A stretch of DNA of 64,000 bases from Octopus vulgaris (GCA_951406725.2 OX597834.1:6572001-6636000); one strand, 5' to 3'; shown: positions 1 to 15,502, counted from the first letter of the stretch. The notes: generated by a model not told the origin, from the letters alone. Translations and numbers: made by a program.

Positions 1-730
1 TATCAGTCTCTTTTGCCGAACCACTAAGTAACAAGGACGTAAACACACCAGCATCGGTTATCAAGCAATGCTAGGGGGACAAACACAGACACACAAACAC
101 ACATACATACATATATATACATATATACGATGGGCTTCTTTTCAGTTTCCGTCTACCAAATCCACTCACAAGGCTTTGGTCGGCCCGAGGCTATGGAAGA
201 AGACACTTGCCCAAGGTGCCACGCAGTGTGACTGAACCCGGAACCATGTGGTTGGTAAACAAGCTACTTACCACACAACCACTCCTGCGCCTGTATACTC
301 TTTACTCTTTTACTTGTTTCAGTCATTTGACTGCGGCCATGCTGGAGCACCGCCTTTAATCGAACAACTCGACCCCGGGACTTATTCTTTTGAAAGCCCA
401 GCACTTATTCTATCAGTCTCTTTTGCCGAACCACTAAGTAACAGGGACGTAAGCACACCAGCATCGGTTGTCAAGCAATGCTAGGGGGACAAACACAGAC
501 ACACAAACACAGACACACAAACACAGACACACAAACACACACACATGCATATATATATACATATATACGATGGGCTTCTTTTCAGTTTCCGTCTACCAAA
601 TCCACTCACAAGGCCTTGGTTGGCCCGAGGCTATAGTAGAAGACACTTGCCCAAGGTGCCATGCAGTGGGACTGAACCCGGAACCATGTGGTTGGTAAAC
701 AAGCTACTTACCACACAGCCACTCCTGCGC
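1..730 (-). mobile_element. Two head-to-tail copies of tRNA-derived SINE family A (1-291 cut by window edge; 297-730)
   Basis: Reverse strand reads GGCGCAGGAGTGGCTGTGTGGT (A box) ... GGTTCAGTCCC (B box), internal (TA)/(TG) microsatellite, AAGAGT-repeat tail; same sequence recurs more than 20 times in the window. Confidence 0.9.
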
Positions 731-999
731 TTGTATGATATTTATGTTTTTACTTTGTCTTTTTCTTTTGTCTTTTATTGGTTGCAGCTATAAGACTATG
801 GCCATGACTTGAAGAATTTCAAGTTGGATGAATCAACCCCGGTACTTATTCTATCGGTCTCTTTTGTCGAACCACTAAGTTACAGGGACATAAATACACC
901 AACATCGGTTGTCAAGTGGTGGTAGAAGTCAAACATGGATACAAGAACACACACACTTATATATATACACATATATATTCTCACAAACACACACACATA

Positions 1000-1575
1000 T
1001 ATTTCTTTATTACCCGCGAGGGGCTAAACACAGAGGGGACAAACAAGGACAGACAACGGGATTAAGTCGATTACATCAACCCCAGTGTGAAACTGGTACT
1101 TTATTTATCGACCCCGAAAGGATGAAAGGCAAAGTCGACCTCGGCTGAATTTGAACTCAGAATGTAACGACAGACAAAATAATTATTTCTTTACTACCCA
1201 CAAGGGGCTAAACACAGAGGGGACGAACAAGGAGAGACAAATGGATTAAGTCGATTACATTGACACCTGTGCAAAACTGGTACATTATTTATCGACCTCG
1301 AAAGGATGAAAGGCAAAGTCAACCTCGGCTGAATTTGAACTCAGAATGTAACGACAGGCAAAATAATTATTTCTTTACTACCCACAAGGGGCTAAACACA
1401 GAGGGGACAAACAAGGACAGACAAAGGGATTAAGTCGATTACATCAACCCCAGTGCAAAACTGGTACTTTATTTATTGACCCTGAAATGATGAAATTTGA
1501 ACTCAGAATGTAACAACGGACAAAATACCGTTAAGCATTTGCCCGGCGCACTAACGTGTCTGCCAGCTCACCACC
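1000..1575 (-). mobile_element. SINE family B, tandem trimer with a single head
   Basis: Three ~185-bp units containing revcomp of GCCTTTCATCCTTTCGGGGTCGATAAA...AAGAAATA (partly deleted in the head-bearing unit); head present once at ~1575. Confidence 0.8.
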
Positions 1576-1990
1576 TTATACACACACACATATATATATA
1601 TATATTCTCAGATACACACAGGCACTTGCACACGCTAGTTCATCTTGGTTACTGTTATTATCTCCCTTTCACTCAGCCTCTTTCTTTCAACCATTTCATC
1701 ATGTCAAGCTGTTAATCTCCACACATTATCTGTCTCTGTTTTGCTTAATCTTTTGCTCAATCTCGCTCCATTCTTTTCCTCTCACCCCTTTCTGCTAAAG
1801 AATATAAGTTTAAAACATCAAAACGTTTCCCTTTCTCTCTGAGCATTAAACTAATACACCTACTTGTTGTTCCTTCACCTGTCTTCATCTTTCATTTTCT
1901 GTAAATTTAAACTACAGTGGAGGGAAATAGATATTCGTACATGTCAAAATTATTTATTTAATTTCTAATGAACATAATTTCTAATGAACG

Positions 1991-2558
1991 GGCGCAGGAG
2001 TGGCTGTGTGGTAAGTAGCTTGTTTACCAACCACATGGTTCCAGGTTCAGTCCCACTGCGTGGCACCTTGGGCAAGTGTCTTCTACTATAGCCTCGGGCT
2101 GACCAAAGCCTTGTGAGTGGATTTGGTAGACGGAAACTGAAAGAAGCCCGTCATATATATGTATATATATATGCATGTGTGTGTGTTTGTGTGTCTGTGT
2201 TTGTCCCTCTAGCATTGCTTGACAACCGATGCTGGTGTGTTTATGTCCCCGTAACTTAGCGGTTCAGCAAAAGAGACCGATAGAATAAGTACTGAGCTTA
2301 CAAAATAATAAGTCCCAGGGTCGAGTTGCTCGATTAAAGGCGGTGCTCCAGCATGGCTGCAGTCAAATGACTGAAACATATATATATATATACATATATA
2401 CGACAGGCTTCTTTCAGTTTCCCTCTACCAAATCCACTCACAAAGCATTGGTCGGCCTGGGGCTATAGCAGAAGACACCTGCCCAAGATGCCACATAGTG
2501 GGACTGAACCTGGTACCATGTGGTTGGTTAGCAAGCTACTTACCACACAGCCACTCCT
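1991..2558. mobile_element. SINE A (+, 1991-2378) abutting an inverted 5' half of SINE A (-, ~2390-2558)
   Basis: Direct comparison with other SINE A copies. Confidence 0.85.
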
Positions 2559-3008
2559 ACACACATTATATTTTCAAATCCAAGAAGACTAGTGCACATA
2601 ATTACACCATAAAACACTACAATTGCTAAAAGAAAATAACAACATAAAATGAAAATGTCATCTAATTGTATAAGAGAATTAAGAAAAATAATAATTGGAA
2701 CAAGATAATCCAAATACTCATAGAAATACTGTGGCAGACTAATGGTAGCAACAACAATGGCATTAGTAACTGTGTTCTAATTAGAATAGCAGATATGTGT
2801 TCTGTTAGAATAGAAGTTATATGAAGACAAACTTTCACTCAAAATAAAGTTAAGAGATAGAATTTGCAAACCGTTTACAGTTATAAGAAAAATGTGGTTG
2901 ATGGGAGAAATTTGTAAAAGCCAACAGCAATTCTTTGCTACAAGAGATTAGGCAGGAGTGGTAGAGAAGAATTAGATACCTGTGCTTTCAGAGAAACCTT
3001 TAAGCAGA

Positions 3009-3234
3009 TTAACCCTTTTGTTACCATATCTCTATTGAGATGCTCTGTGTTTCTTTCAATTAATTTTCAATATAATTTAATTTTCAAGGTGCAGGAGTGG
3101 CTGTGTGGTAAGTAGCTTGCTTACCAACCACATAGTTCCGGGTTCAGTCCCACTGCGTGGCATCTTGGGCAAGTGTCTTCTGCTATAAAGCCTTGTGAGT
3201 GGATTTGGTAGACGGAAACTGAAAGAAGCCTGTC

Positions 3235-3274
<40 letters not shown>

Positions 3275-3674
3275 ATGTGTGTGTATATGTTTGTGTGTCT
3301 GTGTTTGTCCCTCTAGCATTGCTTGATAACCGATGCTGGTATGTTTACGTCCCTGTCAATTAGCGGTCCGGCAAAAGAGACCGATAGAATAAGTACTGGG
3401 CTTACAAAGAATAAGTCCCGGGTCGATTTGCTCGACTAAAGGTGGTGCTCCAGCATGGCCGCAGTCAAATGACTGAAACAAGTAAAAGAGTAAAGAGTAA
3501 AGAGAATATAACAAAGAATTTAGTAAAATAACTTGATTATCATTAAGGTAGTTTTAGGAACATAAATTGTGACAAAAGGTTTGGTGGAAGATTTTAATTC
3601 AGAACTTGTGAAAACAAAACATTTGTACTACAGAGCCAGAGGCGGTGTCAGGTGGGTTGATATCAAAAGGGTTA
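3009..3674. mobile_element. piggyBac-type TTAA MITE (family P1) interrupted by SINE A (+, 3088-3504)
   Basis: TTAA-CCCTTT...AAAGGG-TTA termini; body matches copies at 48150-49440 and 53851-54821. Confidence 0.8.
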
Positions 3675-3977
3675 CTGTTTCCTCTCATTTAATGTAGTAC
3701 AATAAAGCTCTCTGTGTAACGGACATTAGATGAAATTGTCATTGTCAGAATTATGAAACGTAAAATCTATGGTAAAATTAATTGTACCTGAAACCCTTTA
3801 GCATTTAAACCAGCTCAAATATTCTCCCTGTTCTATGTTGAGGCTGGCCAGATCAGGTCTTTCACACCTACCCTACAATATCATTCTAAAAATAAACAAC
3901 CACATCATTGAAAATTTTCAAGCTACAAGATAATGCAAGGTTAATTCAAAATAAATAAGCATTACACTTGATAAAGT

Positions 3978-3980
<3 letters not shown>

Positions 3981-4008
<28 letters not shown>

Positions 4009-4297
4009 GTTTAACGTTCGTTTTCCATGCTAGCATGGGTTGGACGGTTCGACCGGGGTCTGGGAAGCCAGGAGGCTGCACCAGGCACCAGTCTGATCTG
4101 GCAGTGTTTCTACAGCTGGATGCCCTTCCTAATGCCAACCACACCGTGAGTGTAGTGGGTGCTTTTTACATGCCACCGGTACAGGGGCCAGAGGAGACTG
4201 GCAAATGGCCACGATCGGTTGTTGCTTTTACATGTCACCGACACGGACACCAGTCAGGCGGTGCTGGTATCTGCCACGTTCGGACGGTGCTTTTCTT
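3981..4297 (-). mobile_element. Retroposon 3' end with (GAT)n tail, RTE-type
   Basis: Revcomp of ...TTAGGAAGGGCATCCAGCTGTAGAAAC...GTTAAACGATGATGAT; related copies at ~11040-11410 (+), 22265-22580 (-), 28302-28467 (+), 32737-32900 (-). Confidence 0.7.
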
Positions 4298-5046
4298 TTA
4301 ACGTGTAAAACTGAAACTACAGTCAGAACACAAGCTGAAATTGTCAGACATACCTCTTATTATACGTTTGTGTTGAATATGAATCAATGAAGCCCAAATG
4401 TTATAATAAGGAACGCTGGACACAGCATAGTTCCAATAGCTTCTGTGTCTTTTATGTTGCTGTATTGGAACAGCTGCCAAAGCAGGGTTAGCCAACGGTA
4501 ACTTGTAATTATGGACCATTAAATTGAAGTTTCAAGTCCAAATGATCCCCGAAGGTCACAGAGGCCCCAAAACCTAATATCTCTTATTGACCACAAACAG
4601 CTCCATGTTCCATAGCAGAATTGTTCCCTGTAGATGGTTTGGGGATAAAGAGGTTGTGATTGATAATACTAGCAGGAAGCTTAATTTTTATATTTGTTAA
4701 ATAACATATGATCATCCCCTTAACTTCAAATGAGGATGAAAATTTGATGGGAAAGGTACGATGATCTGTAGATGAAGATGTAATAGGGAAAAAGAAATAA
4801 AAAATGTCGCAGAAAAAATATTCTATAGAGAACAACGCAAACGGGTGAGGAAGAACAATTTATTCTAAATGAGTACAAAATCATTCCTCAAGAAAATAAT
4901 GAAGAAAATATAAACAAAAGTTCACCATTCTTTGAAAATCAAACAACCTATAATACACAAAATTATGTATCTGTGGAGCTAAATTCTTCCCACCAAAATT
5001 ATCTGCTTCAGCATATAAACAACATGCAAAAAATAGATTAATAGTA

Positions 5047-5455
5047 GTGCAGGAGTGGCTGTGTGGTAAGTAGCTTGCTTACCAACCACATGGTTCCAGG
5101 TTCAGTCCCACTGCGTGGCACCTTGGGCAAGTGTCTTCTACTATAGCCTCGGGTTGACCAAAGCCTTGTGAGTGGATTTGGTAGATGGAAACTGAAAGAA
5201 GCCCGTCGTATATATGTATATATACATGTATGTGTATGTGTCTGTGTTTGTCCCCCTAGCATTGCTTGACAACCGATGCTGGTGTGTTTATGTCCCCGTC
5301 ACTTAGCGGTTCGGCAAAAGAGACCGATAGAATAAGTACTAGGCTTACAAAAGAATAAGTCTTGGGGTCGAGTTGCTCGACTAAAGGCGGTGCTCCAGCA
5401 TGGCCGCAGTCAACTGACTGAAACAAGTAAAAGAGTAAAGAGTAAAGAGAGTAAA
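5047..5455 (+). mobile_element. SINE A
   Basis: Full-length match including A/B boxes and AAGAGT tail. Confidence 0.9.
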
Positions 5456-5560
5456 ATTAAAAGTACAGTATTATATTGAACTTTTAAAAAGTTACATTCA
5501 TAAGACCAATGTTTCTCAACAATAAATGGCTCAACAAATACTCACTGGTGCATTCCATTT

Positions 5561-5862
5561 CATCATCATCATCATTGTTCAACCGTGGTCGAGACAATGG
5601 AATTTACCATGCTATGCCAGACTTCACGGTCCATCATGGCATTACGGAGGTCCTGTTGCTGGATGCCTGTATCCCTGGAGATAACATCAGGGTAGGAGAG
5701 CATACACCCTCTGGTATTGCGAGTAGATGGCTTCCAGAGAAGAGTAGAAATTACTTCTTTTTCAGCTCCACAACAATGTCCGGTAAACTGGATCTCCTAC
5801 CTTTCACAAGAGACGACACAGGTGGTAGTTTCCCATATATTTGCATTTTGGTTGGATGATGC
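5561..5862 (-). mobile_element. RTE-clade LINE 3' fragment (C-terminus of RT ORF)
   Basis: Homologous to 41665-41985; (ATG)n tail; flanking TTCCATTT direct repeat (TSD). Confidence 0.8.
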
Positions 5863-6054
5863 TTCCATTTCACTCGGAACATAATTTAAGAAATGGTGTA
5901 GGGGCTTATGGCATATCCTAGCTATAAAGATTTCTAAGTTTTCCTTTCAATTATATCTCATTTTAGTTATTTTGTGACTTATACTACTTTATCTATTTCC
6001 ATTTTTGCGTAATTTAGACGACAGTTTATTCACCACATTCTGTATATCTTTTTT

Positions 6055-6847
<793 letters not shown>

Positions 6848-7190
6848 TGTAAGTATATATATTCATACATCTATGTGCACATATATGTGTACACATGTAT
6901 ATGTGTGCATATATATATATTTACGAGTGTGTGTATGTGTGTATAAGAATGCATATGTGTGCATGCATGAATGTGTCTATATATATACATATAAATGCAT
7001 GCATTTGTGTGTATGTAAAATTCTCAATGATTCCTTTGCTGTACAGCATAATGTCTCTTAGACCCTGGCCTCCTAATTTATAAACACACCCCTTCACATT
7101 CCACATTAACCTTTCCTTTCTTTGTAACTCCTACTAATATTTTCTGATATTCTTGTGACTCATCAAGCCCCTATGGCCAATAAAAACAAA

Positions 7191-7240
<50 letters not shown>

Positions 7241-7291
7241 AGCTGCTGCTGCTGCTAATACTGCTACCACCACCACCACCAACACCACCAA

Positions 7292-7327
<36 letters not shown>

Positions 7328-7546
7328 AACTACTACTACCACTCCTACTACTACTACTAGGAATTCTGATACTACTACTAGCACTCTACCACCACCACCA
7401 CCTTCACGACCACGACGACCACGACCACCACCCCCACGACCACCACCAGGACCACGACCACCACCACGACCACCACGACCACCACGACCACCACCACTAC
7501 TATTACTATTATTATTATTATTATTATTATCATCATTATTATTATT

Positions 7547-7608
<62 letters not shown>

Positions 7609-7655
7609 CATTATTATTGTTGTTGTTCTTATTATTCTCCTCCTCCTCATTATTA
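7191..7655. repeat. Compound trinucleotide microsatellite (ACT)n/(ACC)n/(ACG)/(ATT)n
   Basis: Directly visible. Confidence 0.95.
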
Positions 7656-8317
7656 TTACAATCATGATCACCAACGTTGTTGTTGTCGTCAGCATTTTTA
7701 TTGTTGTATTTTGTTTATTAATTAGCTGTGTATCCACTTAAAAACACTGAATGTGTGTTCACTCTGATTGCATGATGAATTGCTAAAAGGTCATCCATTA
7801 AGCAATATATTTAACGAAGACACACAAAATAGGCATTTATCTGTACATTATCATTAAAAACAACAACAAAATTAACAAGACAAGAAACCCTCCGAAATGG
7901 AGGTAAGGCAACACCAACAACAACAATGACAAAAAAAAAATTGAAATAATACAAGAGATAATCTAAAAAATAATCTTTAATGGAACAAAGAAAGAGCGAA
8001 GGAGAGGGAGAGAGAGAGAGAGAAAGATTGGGAGAGAGGGAGAGAGAAAGGGCAGTGAGAGATGTAAGGAGAGGGAGGGAGCGAAAGTAGACCCCCCCCC
8101 GGTTAAAAGGGATTTCAAGATGTGATTTTTGCTGGAATGAAATAGAAGCAAAAAAAAAAAACCCAAAAAATGTAAACTGACACATGGAGGGGTACATGTG
8201 TGTACTACATGAACGCACATGTAGGAAGAAATGTAAGCCTAAATAAAACATTACAGCATTGTTTGACATTGGTGTCCTTCCTCATATATACACATGTATG
8301 CACTTTCTGTTTACGTA

Positions 8318-8377
8318 CATATATATATATATATATATGTGTGCGTGTGTGTGTATATATTTATATATATATATATG

Positions 8378-8420
<43 letters not shown>

Positions 8421-8438
8421 GTAAATATATGTATGTAT

Positions 8439-8485
<47 letters not shown>

Positions 8486-8547
8486 CATATATCTATACAT
8501 ATATATATATATAGATATATACATACACACACACACTCATATATATA

Positions 8548-8620
<73 letters not shown>

Positions 8621-9293
8621 TAGATATATATATACACATATATATGTGCATGATGCATGCAAACAGGTACACGCACATGCATGCACACGACAAAGAACTC
8701 CACTCCATTAGATACACATTAAATCATTAATTAAAACATTAAAACATGGAATGTAGCGGTTCCATAAAACATACACAGGTTTTCATTCCTTCTTTCCTTC
8801 CTTCTTTCTTTCTTTCTTTCCTTCTTTAGTTTCTTTCTTTCCTTCCTTCCTTCTTTCTTTCTTTCTTTCGTTTCTTTCTTTCCTTCCTTCTTTCTTTCCT
8901 TCCTTCCTTCCTTCATTTCCTTCTTTCTTTCTTTTCTTTCGTTTCTTTCTTTCCTTCCTTCTGCTCTTTTACCAGTGCTGTTGTCGTGTGATATGTTTCA
9001 AAGGTGATGAACATTCTAATGTCTAAATATCTCAAGCATTAAAAGGTAAAAAAAAAAAAAACCAAAAAATGGAAGAAAAGAAAGAAAAATAAACAACAAC
9101 GAGTACATAAATATAATATAATTTAAAAGAAACAGCTGAGATTTTGCTTTCTTTCTTTGCCATTCATTCATTCTTTCATATGTATGTATGTATGCATATT
9201 TCTGTATGTATGTATATGTATATGCGTTAGTGTAAGTGCTTGTGTGTGTGTGTGTGTGTGTGTACCTTCTTGATTTTGTAAATGCATTGTGTG

Positions 9294-9332
<39 letters not shown>

Positions 9333-9471
9333 TTCACATACAGACATATAAATTCATATATATATATATATAAATATATAATTATATAAACATATAATTA
9401 TATATGTATATATACATCCATCCATATATATATATATACATATAATTATATATGTATATATAGATTCATCC

Positions 9472-9503
<32 letters not shown>

Positions 9504-10370
9504 TTATATATGTATATATACATCCATCCATATATATATATATATATATATATGCATATTCTGTATTTTTTCTACAAAATCTTTAAAGGGTTCTTAAAGT
9601 CCTTTTGCCTTTCAATTTTCTTTTAATTTTTATATATATATATATATATGTATGTTGTGTGTATACATTCTATATATTTGTACGTGCACACACACACATA
9701 CACACACGCACACATACATGCACACACACACACGCACAATCATTCATATATGGGTTTTGTGTTTTTGTTTTTGTTTTTTTTTTTCCCTGCATTTCATTTT
9801 TCTCGAAATTTTTAAGGGATGCTTAGCTCTTTTCCTCATTCTTCTTTATTACTTTCATTGTTTTATTTTCAAAAAAATGTTTGTTTGATTTTTCAGATAT
9901 ATGAAAAAGAGGAGAAAAATAATCCTATTAGCTTTTTACTGACAGGAGTATATTTGGATGTGTGTGTGTGTATGTCTGTGTGCTTGTGTGTGCGTATGAG
10001 AGAGAGAGAGTGTGTGTGTGTGTAACTGTGAGCGTACGGAAACTAAGTTCAGTCCATTAAAGACTCTGGAACGTCATCATATCATTTTGAGTGAGTTGTC
10101 AGCATCCACACTAGGATATATTGTTGTTAGAACAATGATGGTGACAACAAGAAAACCAGCATAAAATGTACAAGAAATAAGAAATAAATAGCAAAGGAAT
10201 AACAATGGCGATAGCAACAGTGAAAAATGTTAACAAACATTTACAAACAATTGCAGCAATGATATCAATGTCAGTTTGAGTTCCAAATATAGACGAACAT
10301 ACAAAAGTAATATATATATACATGTATATATAAATACATACATACATACATGCATACATACATACATATA

Positions 10371-10412
<42 letters not shown>

Positions 10413-10740
10413 CATACATACATACATACATACATACATACATAGATACATATATATATATATGTATTTATTTATATATATATATATATATATACATACA
10501 TACCTACATACATATATATTTCTCCAAGTAAGTTTTTATTTATATATATATATACATTTGTATATATATATATATACATACATACATACATACCTACATA
10601 CATATATATATATTTACATATATATTTACATATATATTTAATATATATATATATATATATAATACATATATATGTACATACATACATACATACCTACATA
10701 CATATATATATATTTACATATATATTTACATATATATATG
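8318..10740. repeat. Cluster of (TA)n, (CTTT/CCTT)n, (TG)n and (TACA)n simple repeats with short unique spacers
   Basis: Directly visible. Confidence 0.9.
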
Positions 10741-10878
10741 CAGGAGTATATATACCATAATGTAGCAAAATATAGTGGCACAATGTGAATGAGCCAATAG
10801 GAGATCTGCTATGCCATGTGGGTGGTGATGGAATATGTTGATTCTACTTGAATTTGGAACTGCCTGTTGACAAAATAT

Positions 10879-12232
10879 TTAACCCTTCAGTATTCAGATT
10901 TCTCAATAAAATGTGAAAAAATGGTAAAAGGGAATTGCACCTAGAAAGTTATCTGCCAAGGCACAAGTCCAGTTAAGGTTGTTCATGGAATACCAGCAGT
11001 CACCCATGCATACCAGTTTTCCCTCTCCAGCGTCGCCTTACTGGCACTCGAGCCCCATGCTAGAGCACCATCTGAGCTATCTGGCCTCTGTGCCAGTGGC
11101 ACATAAGAGACACCATTCGAGCGTGATCGTTACCAGCATCGCCTTACTGGCACCTCTGCTGGTGGCATGTGTAAAAGATTCGAGCGAGGTCGTTGCCAGT
11201 ACTGCCTGACTGGCCCCGTGCCAGTGGCACGTAAAAGCACCCACTACACTCTCGGAGTAGTTGGCATTAGGAAGGGCATCCAGCTGTAGAAACTCTGCCA
11301 GATCAAAATTGAAGCCTGGTGCAGCCATCTGGTTAGCCAGCCCTCAGTCATTCGTCCAACCCATGCTAGCATGGAAAGGGAACATTAAACGATGATGATG
11401 ATGATGATGCTATTATATGTACATAGGGTAAATGGTAAAGCCCCCTTTGGTCATGAATGATCATGAGATCGTACCTAGAAAGTTACCCTCCAAGAGTGAT
11501 GTCACAACTCATTTCTACAGCTGAGTGAACTGGAGTGATGTGAAATAAAATGTCTTGCTCAAGAACACAACACACAGCGACGTCTAGGAATTGAACTCAG
11601 TACCTCATGATTCTGATCCCGATGATCTAACCACTGAGCCATGTGCCTATCAAATGTACTGCTTATTCATTCACACTGTTTTGAATTAATCATGTTTTAC
11701 CTTGTAGTTTCAAAATCTCAATGGTGAGGAGTGGCTGTGTGGTAAGTAAGCTTGCATGGTTCCGGGTTCATTGTGTGGCACCTTGGGCAAGGCTGACCAA
11801 AGCCTTGTGAGTGGATTTGGTAGAGGGAAACTGAAAGAAGCCCATCGTATATATGTATATATATGTATGTGTGCACGTGTATGTTTGTGTGTCTGTGTTT
11901 GTCCCCCACCATTGCTTGACAACCAATGCTGGTGTGTTTATGTCCCGTCACTTAGTGGTTTGGCAAAAGAGACCTGATAGAATAAGTACTAGGGCTTACA
12001 AAGAATAAATCCCAGGGTCGAGTTGCTCGATTAAAATAAAGGCAGTTCTCCAGCATGGCCACAGTCGAATGACTGAAACAAGTAAAGAGAGAGTAAAAGA
12101 GTAAAAGAGTGTCTGTATGTTTTTAGATTGAATTTGTAGTGTAAAGGTAACAGGTCGGATCCAGTTAGTTTTAACATATAAGTGGTAGAATATTTGGGCT
12201 GGATGTGACCAGATTAAATGCTAAAGGGTTTA
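10879..12232. mobile_element. TTAA MITE family P2 with nested SINE D fragments, RTE-type tail and SINE A (+, 11727-12110)
   Basis: TTAACCCTT start, AAAGGGTT end; body segments match 3793-3980, 40195-40932 and ~47362-47973. Confidence 0.65.
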
Positions 12233-12894
12233 AAAAAAACAATACCATATCATAATAATCATTACCACTTTTTGGCTATTTTCCTTGCTGGCATCGTCTG
12301 GATTATTGTCAGAGTTTCATCAGTTCTTATTCAGAGTTGCTGCTTTCTCAGACATGTGAGAGAACCATGTTTTACTTGTGTCGTCTATTTTGGCAGGATT
12401 TCTACGACTGGATACTCTTCCAGTCACCAACCTTCATCTGTTTTATAAGCAAAGTACCATCTCCCTATAGTTGAACATATTTTCACTGAAGATTAGACAG
12501 AAACAGCATCACTTGTATGATAATAATGCTTGCTTAGAAGTATCATGTGATGTCCAGACAAAGGTGTACACACACACAAACACACATATGTGTGCGTTTC
12601 TGTCTATGAAATCCACTCACAAAGGTTTGGTTGACCTTGAACCATGGTAGAAGGCACTTGCTTAAGATGGCATGCAGTGGGACTAAGGCTGAAATTACAT
12701 GGTCAGGAGGCAAGCTTTTAGCCACATGATCACTGCTTTTTTTAGTGGCACCAGCACTAGTGACATTGCTTGGTGCCCTGCAAAGCCTAAATAATCCTCG
12801 CTGCTCTTGTTCAAGAGAGCATGGCAAAAGGAGTGTAAAGACAAATCAAGTCTCAAATTCAAAACAATAATTTAAGACCAAAGCCAAAGTGAGC

Positions 12895-13305
12895 TACAGG
12901 AAATGGCTGTGTGGTAAGAAGCTTCCTTTCCAACTGCAAAGTATGAGGTTCAGTCCCACTGCGTGGCACCTTGGGCAAGTGTCGTCTACTATAACCTTGA
13001 GCCAACGAAAGCCTTGTGGGTGGATTTTTGTAGATGGAAACTGAAAGAAGCTCGTTATGTGTGTGTGTGTGTGTGTGGGCGTGTATGTGTGCATGTATGT
13101 GTCTGTCCCCACCACTGCTTGATGATAGGTGCTGGTGAGTTTATGTCCCTGTAACCTAGCAGTTCAGCAAAAAAGATAGACAGAATAAGGACCAGGCTTT
13201 AAAAGCATAAGTCCTGGGGCCCAATACATTTGAGTAAAAGTTCTCCAACATGTTGCCCCAGCATGGTCACATCTAACGACTGAAATAAGTGAGAGATAAA
13301 AGAGG
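12895..13305 (+). mobile_element. Diverged SINE A
   Basis: Sequence similarity to other copies. Confidence 0.8.
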
Positions 13306-13602
13306 GAAGAGGATGACTGTCTTGAATTTAAATAATTTCAGGGGTCTTGAACTGAATGATGTACACAAAATATTAACCAATTAAAATTTCCTCATTTGGA
13401 GGTAAAAAACAATCCATCATCTAACTTGTAATTGCTTGTGATTCTGCAAGTAACGAGGGGATATTTCGTGTAATTAAGAATTATTTTCATAAAATTAACA
13501 TGTTTGAGAAAAATGCAGACTTTTTAGGAGACGAGATGTTCGGGCTGGTTATGCTTTAACTCATCTTTTTACTTTGTATTTAAATATGCCGCCACATATC
13601 TG

Positions 13603-14745
13603 TTAGGTTGTCAAGAAAGTTCTTGTGGTTTTTAACCTTTATATTCAGATGCACATATCTCGGCTCAAACGAAACTTTATTAATTGAAATAAACACCATC
13701 AGAATCAACATACTTTAGCCAATGCAAAACAAGTTTATTTAAGCCAGTAGTGTAAAAACCCTGCGTTCTGGTGGTGATGAAGTCATTGAAGGTGTGTTTA
13801 GCATTGTTTTGGTTTTTGAAGTATTCCTCATGCAGAAATGGGTGCTGCACGAATTGAACGACAACCAAAAAAAATGCCATTTTGAAGTATTTTCTTCCCT
13901 TCTCTTATGCAACAGGAATGACCCATTTCTCAACCAGATTGTGACGTGCAATGAAAAGTGGATTCTTTACAACAACCGGCGACGCTCAGCTCAGTTGTTG
14001 AAGGCCAATGAAGCTCCACGGCACTTCCCAAAGCCAAAGTTCCACCAAAAGATGATAAGCATAGTGGTCGGCCATTGGATGTTGACAACGATCAGCTAAG
14101 AGTCTTAGTGGAAGCCAATCTAATCACAACTGTTCAAGGGCTTGTTTCTGAATTAGACGTAATGTTACGACAATTTCGAACCACTTGAAAGAGATTGGAA
14201 AAACAAAAATACTTGAGAAATGGGTGCCGCACGAATTGAACGACAACCAAAAAAATATGCCATTTTGAAGTGTTGTCTTTCCTTTTCTTATGCAACAAGA
14301 ATGACCCATTTCCCAACCAGATTGTGACTTGCGATGAAAAGTGGATTCTTTACAACAACCGGTGACACTCAGCTCAGTGGGTGAAGGCCAACGAAGCTCC
14401 GCGGCACTTCCCGAAGCTAAAGTTCCACCAAAAGAAAGCCATGGTGTCTGTTTGGTGATCTGTGGCCGGTTTCATCCATCATAGCTTTTTGGATCCAGAT
14501 GAAACAATTACGGCAGAGAAGTAGTCGGCAAATGGATGAAATGCATCAGAAACTCCAACAACAGCCAGCATTGGTCAATAGAAAAGGACCAATTCTTCTC
14601 CTCGACAACGCTTGGCTGCACGACGCACAACTGACCCGGCAAAAGTTGAACAAATTGGGCTACGAAACTCTGCCTCAGCTTCCATACTCACCAGACCTCC
14701 TGCCTACCGATTACCACTTTTTCAAGCATCTCGATAGTTATTTAT
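13603..14745. pseudogene. Rearranged mariner transposase remnant
   Basis: WVPHEL, VTCDEKWI and YSPDLLPTDYHFF motifs on +; C-terminus FLHEEYFKNQ...GVYFN* and one TIR on -; stops and frameshifts. Confidence 0.9.
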
Positions 14746-15298
14746 TTCATCAACCACAAAGGATGGAAGAACAAAACCAAGCATCACGAGATTACAATTC
14801 AGAATGTAAAAGGGTCTCAGTTTGGGGCTCTGTGTTGACTGTCACTTCACCAATTAATTATAATAAAAATTCTGGCATTAATCCGACATCTTGTCATCAA
14901 AAGACTTCAGACATTCTCAACAAAATAAGAAAAGAGATGATAATGAAGAAAAATAATAGAGAACGCATAAGAATAAGATAAATTATCTGACTATGGTGAT
15001 TAGAAAAAGAAAAAAAAAAATTATTCTTTTCAGTAATTTTTTTATTTAAAATTTTTTTTTTCGCTTTTATACATTTTTCCTTCTTTGTTTGTGTCAGTTT
15101 GTATATAAGCGTGTTTGTTAAAGAAAAACGTGTTATTTAGTTATTTCAGAAAAATGAAAAAAAAAAAATAGAATTTTGTATGCAAAGATGTTTGTTTGTG
15201 TGTGTGTGTGTGTGTATGTGTGTGTATTTGTATAAGGGATAAATATGATGTACTTATTTTACTTTGAAGACAAGAAAAATTGCAATGCTTCTATAGGT

Positions 15299-15312
15299 AC
15301 ACACACACATGC

Positions 15313-15367
<55 letters not shown>

Positions 15368-15368
15368 T

Positions 15369-15403
<35 letters not shown>

Positions 15404-15423
15404 AACACACGTACACACACACA

Positions 15424-15502
<79 letters not shown>

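Noticed and set aside
248-793. Recurrent short ORFs (...RHLPKVPRSGTEPGTMWLV...) suggesting a gene family
   Set aside because: Antisense readings of SINE A with variable frames and stops
7155-7737. ORFs of 119-170 aa (poly-T/P/L, mucin-like or membrane-like)
   Set aside because: Translations of trinucleotide microsatellites; the same applies to YI/HT/CV/poly-M/poly-I ORFs at 8.2-8.7, 15.2, 21.6, 41.1, 43.6 and 44.4 kb
8940-9010. Plus-strand small exon after a long CT tract (ACCAG|28 nt|GTGATG)
   Set aside because: Pyrimidine tract is a microsatellite, donor weak, length not divisible by 3
14499-14981. 160-aa ORF as functional or domesticated transposase (SETMAR-like)
   Set aside because: Upstream stops and frameshifts, runs into unrelated sequence, no SET domain
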